DNA of 63,356 nucleotides, counting the filler. It is 5 parts of 5 records of this genome, joined end to end, with 100 filler letters (N's around TTAATTAATTAA, not from the genome) between each part and the next. Parts side by side here need not be neighbours in the genome. Positions count along the whole stretch, not along the records: positions 49,361 to 57,990 come from SRR31156797_2021; positions 58,091 to 63,356 come from SRR31156797_2122; 3 more parts are not named here. The stretch is one strand, 5' to 3'. Shown here piece by piece: positions 49,361-60,044 of the stretch (positions are counted from its first letter, which is position 1; every line of letters begins with the position of its first letter). The position numbers were made by a program, and so were the translations under genes. The notes below the pieces were generated by a model. It was given only the letters and a program-made list of their open reading frames with translations, made no database searches and had not been told where the DNA came from.

Positions 49361-51331
49361 GGCTCCTCGCAAGGAACGATCAAAACGGCTAAGCCAGCAT
49401 CCAAAGAGCAACTGTTACGGGCTATTGAGGGAACCCTCGGTGCTTTAGAACAAGAAATGGATCGGGGTAAGGCATTGGAAAAAATTACCATTGCAAACCA
49501 GCTCGCTACCTTGGGGGAGTATAACGGCATTCAGCTGATACCTGATAGCGCATTGGATGAATGCTTGACGGTGGTTTCTCGCAACGAAACAATCAACCTG
49601 ATTTTCGATGGAACGGCGAAATGCAACGGCTTTTCCGGTACGTTGGAAGTTACCCCAAACGACGGTAACGACCCTGATCGAAATTTTTTTCGCAACACAA
49701 TTAAACAGATTGATTTTTCGACCGGAGACGGTTGCCCGGTCAGCGGTGTAGTGAGGTCGGATCTTTCCGTTCAGGGAAACCGTTTTACGGATGATTGCAC
49801 CTATACCGATATGGATATTTGCGGTCAACAGCTTTCGGGAAAGGTAGTCTTTGTCGGTGAAAAATGGGAGACAGACCTGGCCATTCTGAATGCGCGGGGA
49901 TATATTTTTGACAACGGTGTGAATGTAGAGGTTGATGTTGATTGGCACATTGACACTAGCGAACTCAGTGGTAGTGCGGATTCAACTATTGATAATATTT
50001 CACTGTCCGTTACAGTGAATCAGATAATTTTTCATGATACCTGCAGCTTGCCTGTCGGTGGCACCTTGACTATCAAAGATCCTGAAGGTGGAAACACCGT
50101 TGCCCATTTTTCAAATACAGACTGTGAAACGCCCGAGGCCTCCGTCGATTATGAAGGTACCATCGAAACCTGGCCGCTGACTTTGCGAAAGGAAGACGAA
50201 ATTGAAATAGAACCGATCGTCGCAGGTGTAAAGATCATCGGTGAAGAGGAAATCGTTTTCGATTGGAGTGAAGACAGTTGTGAAATAGAGGATATACCAG
50301 ATTCAAAAGCATGTGCATTCCGTGATAAGGACGGAGACATTCAATTGATATCCACGCATTTCATTAATCGAAGAATGATTGGTAATAATCTTTCATCAAT
50401 GAAAATAAATTGCAATATCATAATGGATTCACATTACGATCCTGACCCATCAAAATTTAATGAGCACGAATGGATTACATCGACATATACTTTGGATGGT
50501 AAAACTATATATGCATTAATCCATAATGAATATCAAGGCTGGGAAATTCCTGGAAAATGCCCATTAGGAGAAAAGAATAGTTGTTTATACAATTCAATAT
50601 CTTCTGCCATATCCACAGATGGTGGCGCAACTTATCAACATGTACGTGCTCCCAACCACTTGGTGGCCACTCTTCCATATCAGTACATCCCTGATAAAAG
50701 TCCAATTGGAGTCCTCGGTGTAAGTAATATAATATTTAATAAACACGATCGATGGTTTTATGTTCAATTTCATATTGACGAATATGGTATCCAGAAAAAA
50801 GGCGTTTGTGTGATGAGAACAAAGAACCTTGCCGACCCTCAAAGCTGGCGAGCATGGGATGGGCGTGGATATAACGTCAGATTTGCCAACCCTTACATTA
50901 ACAATAATGTTAATCCTGCAAACCATATATGCGAGCCAGTTAGCTATGAGAATATCAACACGAACTGTGGTTATGTCACCTACAATAGCTACTTTGAGAA
51001 ATATTTACTTGTCTCAGCAGGCTTGGCATGGGATTCAGATAGGAAGGAAGCTGTATCCGGATTTTATTTTTCTTTATCAGACGACTTGATTAATTGGGGT
51101 CCCCTACAATTGATCATGGAAGCAGAGTTGTGGTACACAGCTGGACTAGAAGTAGATCGATATGCTTATCCGTCATTGATAGACCCCAGTGACACGTCTC
51201 GCAATTTTTCAACCACCGGCAAAAACCCCTACCTGTATTTTGTCAGACGGAATAAGAATGTAGAAAACATCCATATTCAAAACTATAACCGTGATTTGAT
51301 AAGAATGCAGCTTGAATTTTCAAAAAATTGA
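49361..51331 (+). CDS. Hypothetical protein (5' truncated) with C-terminal glycosidase-like beta-propeller
   Basis: Frame is open from the contig start; Asp-box STDGGATY, SDDLINW, YAYPSLID. Confidence 0.65.
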   Translation, partial: GSSQGTIKTAKPASKEQLLRAIEGTLGALEQEMDRGKALEKITIANQLATLGEYNGIQLIPDSALDECLTVVSRNETINLIFDGTAKCNGFSGTLEVTPNDGNDPDRNFFRNTIKQIDFSTGDGCPVSGVVRSDLSVQGNRFTDDCTYTDMDICGQQLSGKVVFVGEKWETDLAILNARGYIFDNGVNVEVDVDWHIDTSELSGSADSTIDNISLSVTVNQIIFHDTCSLPVGGTLTIKDPEGGNTVAHFSNTDCETPEASVDYEGTIETWPLTLRKEDEIEIEPIVAGVKIIGEEEIVFDWSEDSCEIEDIPDSKACAFRDKDGDIQLISTHFINRRMIGNNLSSMKINCNIIMDSHYDPDPSKFNEHEWITSTYTLDGKTIYALIHNEYQGWEIPGKCPLGEKNSCLYNSISSAISTDGGATYQHVRAPNHLVATLPYQYIPDKSPIGVLGVSNIIFNKHDRWFYVQFHIDEYGIQKKGVCVMRTKNLADPQSWRAWDGRGYNVRFANPYINNNVNPANHICEPVSYENINTNCGYVTYNSYFEKYLLVSAGLAWDSDRKEAVSGFYFSLSDDLINWGPLQLIMEAELWYTAGLEVDRYAYPSLIDPSDTSRNFSTTGKNPYLYFVRRNKNVENIHIQNYNRDLIRMQLEFSKN

Positions 51332-51369
51332 CATCCTATAATGGAAGTTAAAGCGTTTTTTTAAGATTT

Positions 51370-52341
51370 TTATTCTTGCTTCTTTTCTTGTGACTGTTTC
51401 AGCCTTTTATATTCTTCTATTTTTTTCGAAATAAGTGGGCCATTTGGTCTTAGTTTTTTTGCAATAGACATTAATTCAAACGCTCTATTTAGTTCGATGG
51501 ATTCGAGAAAAATCGCATTATTTATAATCGTGTTGATATCATTATCATCCAAAGGTGAATAACGCGTTCTCATTCTATACCTTTGCGTTGCATTTTTTTC
51601 GTTTTGGCTGCGGCCTTTTTGAGATAATTTCTTGTTAATAAATTCTTCAGCTACAATTTTATCAACCTCATGCTTCATATCTTTTATTTCTTTGGATACA
51701 GGCATTGAATTTTCATAGCCAAATAAATACATATCAATTTTATAGTACTTTTTGAGAATATTTAACATATTTTCAGATGGAAAAACTGATGACTCAGCTC
51801 TTGATTGGTTCAAATTTTTAAGTGGAAGGCTTTCATCTATATGACGGTTTAATATTCCCCAATGAATGTTGATCTCTTCAAGTTTCCCTATAAAATCAAC
51901 CACAATATTCCCGCCATTTATGATGCTCAAATGTTGATCCAATAAATGTTGTTCTAACTTTGTGTGATCAATCGTAACCAATTTGGATATAAAATCTTCA
52001 AACGGCATATTGTGTTCCAACCCCATACTGGTGTAATAGGGGGTAACAGCCGGATCAAAAGATAAAATTTTATTTTTATAAAACGAAATGACTCTTTGTA
52101 TTGGATTTCTAATAAAAGTGAATTTGAAACAATTCTTCAAGTAGCTGCAGTCATCTTTTACCACATCTAAAAAATAGCGATTGTAGTATTTTTGATCATG
52201 TACTTTTAAGGGCAGCTCATCTAAAGGCGTATCACGAAGATATCCCAGGCTGGATTTAATTGATGTGCAACCACTTTTTGCTATGCTTAGGTATGCAATT
52301 TCTTTCTTTTTGCTGATGAAAAAAATTCTGTTAATAGGCAT
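51370..52341 (-). CDS. Sulfotransferase family 2 protein
   Basis: SIAKSGCTSIK (5'-PSB) and FTFIRNPIQRVISFY (3'-PB), DFIGKLE. Confidence 0.88.
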   Translation of the reverse strand: MPINRIFFISKKKEIAYLSIAKSGCTSIKSSLGYLRDTPLDELPLKVHDQKYYNRYFLDVVKDDCSYLKNCFKFTFIRNPIQRVISFYKNKILSFDPAVTPYYTSMGLEHNMPFEDFISKLVTIDHTKLEQHLLDQHLSIINGGNIVVDFIGKLEEINIHWGILNRHIDESLPLKNLNQSRAESSVFPSENMLNILKKYYKIDMYLFGYENSMPVSKEIKDMKHEVDKIVAEEFINKKLSQKGRSQNEKNATQRYRMRTRYSPLDDNDINTIINNAIFLESIELNRAFELMSIAKKLRPNGPLISKKIEEYKRLKQSQEKKQE

Positions 52342-52397
52342 TATTTATGCTCCAAATATATTCCATTGCTACTCTGAGAAGCTTCTGAATTATCGGT

Positions 52398-53405
52398 TCA
52401 ATCATTTTTATGTGATAGATAATCGTTTTCCACCTTCAGTTGACCGATCTGAAGGCAAAGCTCATCAGTCCTTTTTTTTCCCTGCCAACTCTTTTTAATG
52501 GAAAAGAGTTGATGGATCAGATCAAGTGTTTCTTTCTTTTGTAGAGACCAGGCCGGTGCAACCAACTCTTTTGGATGGGGATCTCCGGTGAGCCGTTGGA
52601 TGATCGTCGTTTCCGGCAGTCGTTCGATGAACTCGCATACCAATTCCGCATACGCCTGTTGTTCCAAACAATGGTAACGGCCGGTTTTGTAGAGAGATTC
52701 AAGGGGCGTTCCCCGTACTACGTAGAGCAGGTGAAGCTTTACACCGTCAACCCCCAGACCGGCAAGGGCATCGGCAGTGGCGAGCATGTCCTGCTTTGAT
52801 TCTCCGGGAAGGCCTAAGATGACGTGGGCGCTGATGTTGATGTTTCGGTTCTTCGTTTTTCTTACGGCCTGCTCAAAGCAGGCAAAATCGTGCCCGCGGT
52901 TGATCAATGCCAACGTGCTGTCATGGGCGCTTTGGAGGCCGTATTCGATCCATATCAAGTGGTTTTTCGCATAGCTTTCCAATAACGTCAGTATTTTATC
53001 ATCTACACAATCGGGACGCGTTCCGATGGCTAATCCCACTACGTTTTCAATGGACAGGGCTTCGTCCCATAGAGCTTTTAGATGATCGAAAGGGGCGTAT
53101 GTGTTGGTGAAAGATTGGAAATAGGCCAATAGCTTTTTTGTTTTGAAACGTCGTTCGATCCTTTTTTTGCTGCCCTCGATCTGGTCTGTAATGGAAAGCC
53201 CCCTGGTGTGTGCACCGGTTCCGGATCCTTTGGCATTGCAATAAATACAGCCGCCGTACGACAGGGTGCCATCACGATTGGGGCAATTGAGCCCGGCATC
53301 GACGGTTACCTTGTGTACCCTGCAGCCATACAGGCTTCGAAAATAAGTGTTTAAATCCCTATAAGGTTTTTTCTTCACGGATCCTCTCCTTGACCTCCAT
53401 ATCAT
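52398..53405 (-). CDS. TIGR01212/YhcC-family radical SAM protein
   Basis: CPNRDGTLSYGGCIYC, YFQSFTNTY, IGTRPDC, HVILGLPGE. Confidence 0.93.
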   Translation of the reverse strand: MIWRSRRGSVKKKPYRDLNTYFRSLYGCRVHKVTVDAGLNCPNRDGTLSYGGCIYCNAKGSGTGAHTRGLSITDQIEGSKKRIERRFKTKKLLAYFQSFTNTYAPFDHLKALWDEALSIENVVGLAIGTRPDCVDDKILTLLESYAKNHLIWIEYGLQSAHDSTLALINRGHDFACFEQAVRKTKNRNINISAHVILGLPGESKQDMLATADALAGLGVDGVKLHLLYVVRGTPLESLYKTGRYHCLEQQAYAELVCEFIERLPETTIIQRLTGDPHPKELVAPAWSLQKKETLDLIHQLFSIKKSWQGKKRTDELCLQIGQLKVENDYLSHKND

Positions 53406-53448
53406 CGAGATTATATAGTCTGCTGAAAAAAAGAAAAGAAATAAATCA

Positions 53449-55332
53449 ATGGGTGTTCACGTAAAAAAATATGATGTGATTGTTGTTGGTGGCGGCCACG
53501 CCGGATGCGAAGGGGCTTTGTCGGCAGCGCGCATGGGGTGCCGCGTGCTGCTGCTGGCCATTGATTTGGACAAAATCGCTGCAATGCCCTGCAGCCCCTC
53601 CATCGGAGGTATGGCCAAAGGGCAGTTGGTCAAAGAGATCGATGCCTTGGGCGGTGAAATGGCCAAGATTGCCGATCTGTCTGCAATTCAGTACAAAACC
53701 CTCAATACAAAAAAGGGGCCGGCTGTTCAGTCCACCCGGACGCAGAATGACAAGGGGCGGTACCATACGGCGATGAAGGCTGTCGTTGAAAACCAACCCA
53801 ATTTGGATTTGAAACAATCCCTGGTGGAGCGTTTGATCGTTGAACAGGGGCGGATTCGTGGTGTCAGGGATCATACCGGCTTCAGCTTTCAAGCCCCCTG
53901 CGTGGTTTTGGCCACGGGTACCTTTCTCTCCGGATTGGTCCATATCGGTTTTACGACGATGAAAGCCGGCCGGGCCGGTGAATTTGCAGCCTACAGTTTG
54001 CCTGAACACTTGAAGGAGTTGGGTTTCACTCTGGGTAGAATGAAAACCGGTACCCCCCCTCGGCTCCATCTGGACAGTATCGATTTTTCCAAATTCGAAC
54101 GGCAACCTTTGGATGAGCCAGTCCGGGCATTCTCTTTTTCCGGGTCAATGGAAAGATTGCCCCAAAGGGCCAGTTATATCGGTCATACAAATGAAGATGT
54201 TCACCGGCTTGTACGAAGCAATCTGCATCTTTCTGCCTTGCATAGTGGCAGCATCAAAGGCGTCCCTGCCCGTTATTGTCCATCCTTTGAAGATAAAATT
54301 GTCCGTTTCCCGGATCGGGACCGCCATCAGATAATTTTGGAACCGGAGGGGCTGGAGACAAAAGAGATCTACGCCTCAGGACTTGGGAACAGTCTTCCCA
54401 TGGAGGTTCAGCATCAAGTCGTGAGGACAGTGCGAGGGCTGGAAGAAGCGGAGATCGTGCGTCCGGCCTATGCCATCGAATACGACTTTGTCAATCCTGT
54501 CCAACTGCGGCCGACACTGGAGGCCAAGCGCATTAAGGGGTTGTATCTGGCGGGACAGATCAACGGTACTTCGGGGTATGAAGAGGCCGCGGCCCAGGGA
54601 ATGTGGGCTGGAATCAATGCTGCGTGCGCCGTGCAGAAACGTCCGCCGTTCCTTCTTGATCGAAGTCAGGCGTATATGGCCGTAATGGTGGACGACCTGG
54701 TAACGAAAGGGACACGGGAACCGTATCGGATGTTTACATCCAGGGCGGAATACAGGTTACTGTTAAGGGAGGACAATGCGGATCTCAGGCTTTGTGAAAT
54801 CGGTCATGAATTGGGGTTGGTGAATGGGGATACGCTGAAAGAGAATCGTGATCGTAAAAAACAAATCCAAGCGGAAATCAGTCGCGTTAAAAAAACGGTG
54901 GTAAAGCCATTACCGATTGTAAACGATTACCTGTCCAAAAAGGGGACGCCTCCTATTTCCAACGGTATCCATTTGTCCCAGCTGCTGAAACGTGCTGAAT
55001 TACACTACGACGCCGTGGTGACATTGGCGCCAACGGATACAAAGTTGAGCGATCGCGTGACTCGGCAGGTGGAGATCGAATTAAAGTATGAGGGATATAT
55101 TCAACGGCAGCTTCAGGAAATAGAGAAATTCAGGCATTTGGAACAAGTTAAACTACCTGAGGAAATTGAATATGATACGATTCACGGCCTTTCCAGTGAG
55201 CTGAAGGAGAAGCTGGCAGGCATCAGACCTGCCTCTCTGGGCCAGGCTTCCCGAATCGAAGGCATGACCCCCGCTGCCATTTCCGTTCTCATGATTCACC
55301 TGCGCATCTGGAAAAGCAAACAGATCGAATAA
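53449..55332 (+). CDS. mnmG: tRNA U34 carboxymethylaminomethyl modification enzyme
   Basis: [46 protein letters not shown]. Confidence 0.98.
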   Translation: MGVHVKKYDVIVVGGGHAGCEGALSAARMGCRVLLLAIDLDKIAAMPCSPSIGGMAKGQLVKEIDALGGEMAKIADLSAIQYKTLNTKKGPAVQSTRTQNDKGRYHTAMKAVVENQPNLDLKQSLVERLIVEQGRIRGVRDHTGFSFQAPCVVLATGTFLSGLVHIGFTTMKAGRAGEFAAYSLPEHLKELGFTLGRMKTGTPPRLHLDSIDFSKFERQPLDEPVRAFSFSGSMERLPQRASYIGHTNEDVHRLVRSNLHLSALHSGSIKGVPARYCPSFEDKIVRFPDRDRHQIILEPEGLETKEIYASGLGNSLPMEVQHQVVRTVRGLEEAEIVRPAYAIEYDFVNPVQLRPTLEAKRIKGLYLAGQINGTSGYEEAAAQGMWAGINAACAVQKRPPFLLDRSQAYMAVMVDDLVTKGTREPYRMFTSRAEYRLLLREDNADLRLCEIGHELGLVNGDTLKENRDRKKQIQAEISRVKKTVVKPLPIVNDYLSKKGTPPISNGIHLSQLLKRAELHYDAVVTLAPTDTKLSDRVTRQVEIELKYEGYIQRQLQEIEKFRHLEQVKLPEEIEYDTIHGLSSELKEKLAGIRPASLGQASRIEGMTPAAISVLMIHLRIWKSKQIE

Positions 55333-55486
55333 TCGTTGGACGTATTCATCTTTCATTTCGATCCTCGGACGTGGGGATATTTCTCTGTTCGGTGTCAATT
55401 TCAAGGTTTCAGCTGGATCTGATCAGAAAAAAAATCCATTGAAAAAAATAAACGAAATAACTTGGATGCACAAGCTTCCCTTGCTT

Positions 55487-55515
55487 GACATTAAAAATAG
55501 AACACCTTATTTTTC
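55487..55515 (+). promoter_or_regulatory. Predicted promoter of the DnaJ-class gene
   Basis: TTGACA-17-TATTTT. Confidence 0.45.
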
Positions 55516-55574
55516 AAAGAAAATTTGTTCGGCAGTGATGAAATCGACAATGAAAAAGGAGCTCGGAAAAAGGA

Positions 55575-56462
55575 ATGCCTCAACAAGATTATTATGAGAT
55601 ATTGGGCGTCTCTAAAAGTGCATCAGACACTGAAATAAAGAAAGCCTACCGCAAGCTGGCCATGAAGTATCATCCGGACCACTCCAAAGGCGATCAACAT
55701 GCTGAAGAGATGTTCAAAAAGGTAAGTGAAGCCTATGCCGTGCTCAGTGATAACGAGAAGCGTCAGCAGTACGATACCTACGGTTCGACAGATTTCCACC
55801 AGCGCTTCTCCCAGGAGGATATTTTCAGAAATGTCGACCTTGGGGATATCCTGAAAGAGTTCGGTTTTGGCGGTCAGGGCGGGAGGTTTTCATTTGGTGG
55901 CGGTCCTTTTGGAGGTCATCAACGACGCCGTGCTCCCGTGAAAGGGTCTGACCTTGTCTATGAAATTCCCCTGACACTTCGGGAAGTGGCTGAAGGTACG
56001 AACAAAACGGTAACTTTTCAACACCAGGGACGCAACGAGAACATTTCGGTAAAAATACCACCGGGAATGATTACGGGAAAAAAACTTCGCCTTGCCGGTA
56101 AAGGTGAACAGAGCGGGTACGGCGGTCCTCCAGGTGACTTGTATATTCGATCTCGTGTGAATCCGGATTCCCGATTTACGCCAGAGGAATATGATCTGCA
56201 AACGACGATTACCATTGGCCTGAGTGACTCCCTTTTGGGTACGCAGGTTGGGGTGCCCACCGTTGATGGCGGAGAACTGAACGTGAAAATCCCGCCGGGA
56301 ACGCGTCATAAAACACGAATGCGTTTGCCAGGGCATGGATTGCCCAGGATGAAAGGTGGGACAAAAGGGGATCTTTATGTAACCGTTGCTGTAGATGTCC
56401 CGAAACAATTAACAGACGAGCAGAGAAGGTTGGTGGAAAAGTTAGCTTCCGTAGGATTGTAA
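55575..56462 (+). CDS. DnaJ-class (CbpA-like) co-chaperone without Zn finger
   Basis: J domain with HPD, G/F region, C-terminal domain, no CxxCxGxG repeats. Confidence 0.93.
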   Translation: MPQQDYYEILGVSKSASDTEIKKAYRKLAMKYHPDHSKGDQHAEEMFKKVSEAYAVLSDNEKRQQYDTYGSTDFHQRFSQEDIFRNVDLGDILKEFGFGGQGGRFSFGGGPFGGHQRRRAPVKGSDLVYEIPLTLREVAEGTNKTVTFQHQGRNENISVKIPPGMITGKKLRLAGKGEQSGYGGPPGDLYIRSRVNPDSRFTPEEYDLQTTITIGLSDSLLGTQVGVPTVDGGELNVKIPPGTRHKTRMRLPGHGLPRMKGGTKGDLYVTVAVDVPKQLTDEQRRLVEKLASVGL

Positions 56463-56500
56463 ATCAAATCATTTTAAACCAAGGACTGCAAAGAATCGAT

Positions 56501-57022
56501 ATGCCAGAATTCACAACTTTGATCCAAAAAGAGGAAATTCGTCGTCAAATTATAGAAATAGCAGAGCGTATCTCAAAGGATTACAAGGGGAAGGAAGTCG
56601 TTTTAATCGGGGTTCTGAAAGGGGCTTTTATTTTTCTTGCAGATCTGGTTCGCAGGCTGGAACTTGAAAAAATACAAATCGATTTTCTTCAAGCTTCCAG
56701 CTATGGTGCCGATACTGTATCATCAGAGAATATTGCTCTTAAAAAAGACATAGATGTCGATATCCGTGGCAAGGATGTGCTTGTGGTTGAGGACATTGTA
56801 GACACCGGTTTGACTTTGGCGCATCTTATGGATCACCTAAAGTCTTTCGGTCCCAGCAGTATCAAGGTTTGTGCAATGATTGACAAGCAGGAGCGCCGAA
56901 AAACAGAGGTGAACGTCGATTACGCGTGTACAGCCGTGGATGAAGGATTTCTTGTAGGGTATGGGCTGGATTTTGCGGAGCATTACCGAAACCTGCCGGA
57001 AATCTATCATATGAAACTTTAG
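56501..57022 (+). CDS. hpt: Hypoxanthine phosphoribosyltransferase
   Basis: GVLKGAFIF, VEDIVDTGLTL, FLVGYGLD...YRNLP. Confidence 0.96.
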   Translation: MPEFTTLIQKEEIRRQIIEIAERISKDYKGKEVVLIGVLKGAFIFLADLVRRLELEKIQIDFLQASSYGADTVSSENIALKKDIDVDIRGKDVLVVEDIVDTGLTLAHLMDHLKSFGPSSIKVCAMIDKQERRKTEVNVDYACTAVDEGFLVGYGLDFAEHYRNLPEIYHMKL

Positions 57023-57037
57023 GTCATGAGGGATAAT

Positions 57038-57990
57038 ATGATTATCACCTGTGAAGCGTGCAACACCAGTTTCAATCTGGATGAAAAAATGCTCAGCCCG
57101 AAGGGCTCAAAGGTCAGGTGCTCCGTCTGTTCGAAAGTGTTCACTGCCTTTCCCGGACCGGTACCACCCCCAGAACCTGTTGGTCCGGTTGAGAAGACGG
57201 ATTCGGATTCGCCCGTGTCGGAACCTTCCAAGGAAGTGGCACGCGAAACTGTGGACCAGACCGGTATTGTTCCCGATGCCGAAGAGATTGATCCTGAATT
57301 GTCCTTTGACGAGGCGTTTGAGATCGAAGGTTTGGACGATGAATCCGAACAAGTAGGTGATGAGGTTCAGGGAGAGGAGCAAAATGTCCTTGAGGAAGAG
57401 CTGGACGCGGAACTGGACCTGTTGCTCGACAGTGAAAGCCCCGATGACACCGATGCAACGATGATTGCAGACTTGGAGGATGACGAATTCGATTTCTCGT
57501 TGGACATTGAATCGGATGAAAGCGATGTAAACCTTTCGACGCTTGACGAGAGTGATTTCGATCTGGATATTCCCCTTGTGTCCCAAGATGACCCTGAGGG
57601 TACGGAAACGATTCTTGCCGATTTGGATGATGATCCGTTGGAAATCGAGGATGACCTTGACCTTTCAAATCTGGAAAAGATGCTGGAAGAAGAAAAGGAT
57701 ACAGCTGAAACAACCGAATCCGATGACGGTGGTGAGAACGGCGCGCAGTTGTCTCTTGATCTGGATGACGAGCTTCAACTCGACGGTGAGATTGAACAGG
57801 GGGAGATGGATGAGGGGGCAAGTGGTTTTGACCTGGATTTCGAATCAGATAATGCTGTTGGTAGTGATGACCAAGAGATAGATCTTTCTGAAATCGAAAA
57901 AATGCTCGAAGAACCTGGTGGTGACTTTGCCGAAGCCGTCACCGTTCCGGAACAAGATTTGGATTTAGATGCCGAATCCGGTCTTGATGC
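57038..57990 (+). CDS. MJ0042-type zinc-ribbon protein with long acidic linker (3' truncated)
   Basis: ITCEACNTSF...KVRCSVCSKVF then D/E-rich repeats such as DLSxxEKMLEE. Confidence 0.88.
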
Positions 57991-58090
57991 NNNNNNNNNN
58001 NNNNNNNNNNNNNNNNNNNNNNNNNNNNNNNNNNTTAATTAATTAANNNNNNNNNNNNNNNNNNNNNNNNNNNNNNNNNNNNNNNNNNNN
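57991..58090. other. Artificial contig linker
   Basis: N-run with TTAATTAATTAA. Confidence 0.99.
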
Positions 58091-58111
58091 TTGCCACCAT
58101 AATCCACCCCC

Positions 58112-58894
58112 ATGGAAACGGATCGGAATTTTGACGACCTTGCCCCCCGGTTCCGCCGTAAGGTCTACGGAGAGTTAAAGGGACGGATCAGGCTGGCGGT
58201 CCTGGAAAAAGATATCAGGGAATTCTGTCCCAGGGCCCTTGCGAAGGCCGGCCAAGCACCGTTAAACATTCTGGATGCCGGCGGTGGCCATGGCCCCTTT
58301 TCTATAGGCCTGGCCCGTATGGGCCACAGAATCACCATTTGCGATCTCTCCCGGAAGATGCTGGATATCGCCGAAGAAAAATTTTCAGACGCAGGGGTGA
58401 AAAACCGTCTTACCCTCTGCCATTGCCCGGTACAGGAACTGGAGGCAAATCAGAACGCTCCCATTGATCTCATCCTCTGCCACGGGGTTCTGGGCTGGGT
58501 AAGGGCCCCGGAAGCCTTCATAGCCAAACTCATGGGCCTGTTGCCCCTAGGCGGTCTGCTCTCCCTGAGTTTTTACAATCTCACGGGTATGATTTACAAA
58601 AACCTGCTCCGGACCAATTATAAAAAAATCATCAATAAGGCCTATACAGGATACCCGGGCAGCCTCACCCCCACCTGGCCAAGGGACCCTGAAACCGTCC
58701 TGTCCTGGCTGAATGCCCACCCCATTGACATCCTCTGCCACAGTGGCATCCGGGTATTCCATGATTATATTCTGAATCCCGATGACCGGAACCGGGATCC
58801 TGACATTGTCCTGGATCTTGAACTTGAACTTTCACGCAAACTTCCCTACCGGGACATGGGACGGTATCAGCACATCCTGGCCGCAAAAAAATAG
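58112..58894 (+). CDS. cmoM: SmtA/CmoM-like tRNA methyltransferase
   Basis: DRNFDDLA...YG..KGRIR, ILDAGGGHG, LCHGVLGW, SGIRVFHDY, GRYQH. Confidence 0.85.
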   Translation: METDRNFDDLAPRFRRKVYGELKGRIRLAVLEKDIREFCPRALAKAGQAPLNILDAGGGHGPFSIGLARMGHRITICDLSRKMLDIAEEKFSDAGVKNRLTLCHCPVQELEANQNAPIDLILCHGVLGWVRAPEAFIAKLMGLLPLGGLLSLSFYNLTGMIYKNLLRTNYKKIINKAYTGYPGSLTPTWPRDPETVLSWLNAHPIDILCHSGIRVFHDYILNPDDRNRDPDIVLDLELELSRKLPYRDMGRYQHILAAKK

Positions 58895-58965
58895 CTCATG
58901 ATTTGCCCGGATTCCGGGAATATGGTATATTTTTTTCAATCCCCATTTATCTTAAGGAGAATTTC

Positions 58966-59469
58966 ATGTCTGCCCGTAAATGTGCTGCTGATTCCTGTGT
59001 TCTGATCTCCCGGGTAATGCTTCCCGAAGACGCAAACCCTGCCGGCATTGTCCACGGCGGGGTTATCATGAAGGAGATAGACAACGCCGCCGGTGTGGCT
59101 GCGGTCCGGCACACCCGGAAAATCTGTGTCACGGCTTCCATTGACCGGCTGGACTTTCACAAGCCCGCTTTTATCGGCAATTTGATCTCAGTAAAGGCCA
59201 GCGTTAATATGACCGGAAAAACCTCCATGGAAATAGGGGTAAGGGTAGAGAGTGAAGACCTTTTATCCGGTGAAAAAACCCACCTTGCCTCAGCCTATCT
59301 CACCTTTGTGGCATTGGGAAAAGACCACCGGCCCACAAAGGTCCCTCCCCTGATCCCGGCCACGGCCGAAGAAAGCCGCCGCCAGGGGGAAGCCATTGCC
59401 AGAAGAAAGGTCAGGCTCTCTGAAAAACAGCGGGAAGTGGAATGCCAGATCGACAGCAACAAATGTTAA
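58966..59469 (+). CDS. Acyl-CoA thioesterase (hotdog fold)
   Basis: PEDANPAGIVHGG...ID, VTASID, GKTSMEIGV. Confidence 0.93.
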   Translation: MSARKCAADSCVLISRVMLPEDANPAGIVHGGVIMKEIDNAAGVAAVRHTRKICVTASIDRLDFHKPAFIGNLISVKASVNMTGKTSMEIGVRVESEDLLSGEKTHLASAYLTFVALGKDHRPTKVPPLIPATAEESRRQGEAIARRKVRLSEKQREVECQIDSNKC

Positions 59470-59613
59470 AGAAACAAAACTTTTTTAATCGCGCCCTCTG
59501 GAATTATGCAAAACAGTCCTTATTTTGACTCTATAATCGCTTAGTTTTTTTTAGGGAAAGCCGATATATTCAATATAGGAAAAAAACAAATTGCGGCAAA
59601 AAGGAGGACCATT

Positions 59614-59814
59614 ATGAGCAAAAACAATAAACCCTTTGAAGTTGAAAAATCCTTTGGACTTGGGGTATTGCTCAAACTGACCAAAAAAAATCTCAAGGGT
59701 ATTGACATTGCCACAACAGGGAACAAATTTACCTCAAGCCTCAGCCATAAAGAGATGAATAAGGCGGTTGACCGCATTATGAAAACCCATAATATCAGAA
59801 TCAAAATCAAATAA
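59614..59814 (+). CDS. Small basic hypothetical protein
   Basis: AGGAGG RBS, 66 aa. Confidence 0.7.
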   Translation: MSKNNKPFEVEKSFGLGVLLKLTKKNLKGIDIATTGNKFTSSLSHKEMNKAVDRIMKTHNIRIKIK

Positions 59815-60044
59815 TCCCTTGGGCGGCAATCCCCGTGACGCCCGCCGGTATATCCCGGGCATGAACAGCGCCGGCATCTCAACATTATTTTTACTTGACG
59901 GTGCCGGGGCCGGAATATTACAATTAAGCTCCGTTGAGATTCATTTCCCCTAGCATTGGTGATCATCCGCTTAATTTGTCACCCCGCCCCAACCTGATCA
60001 GGATACGATTCTTTTTTTAACCTTTCACCCAAAGGAGAAAAAAC

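Noticed and set aside
25456-58090. Four identical TTAATTAATTAA elements within N-runs
   Set aside because: Artificial linkers. ORFs running into them are truncated, and adjacency across them is not biological.
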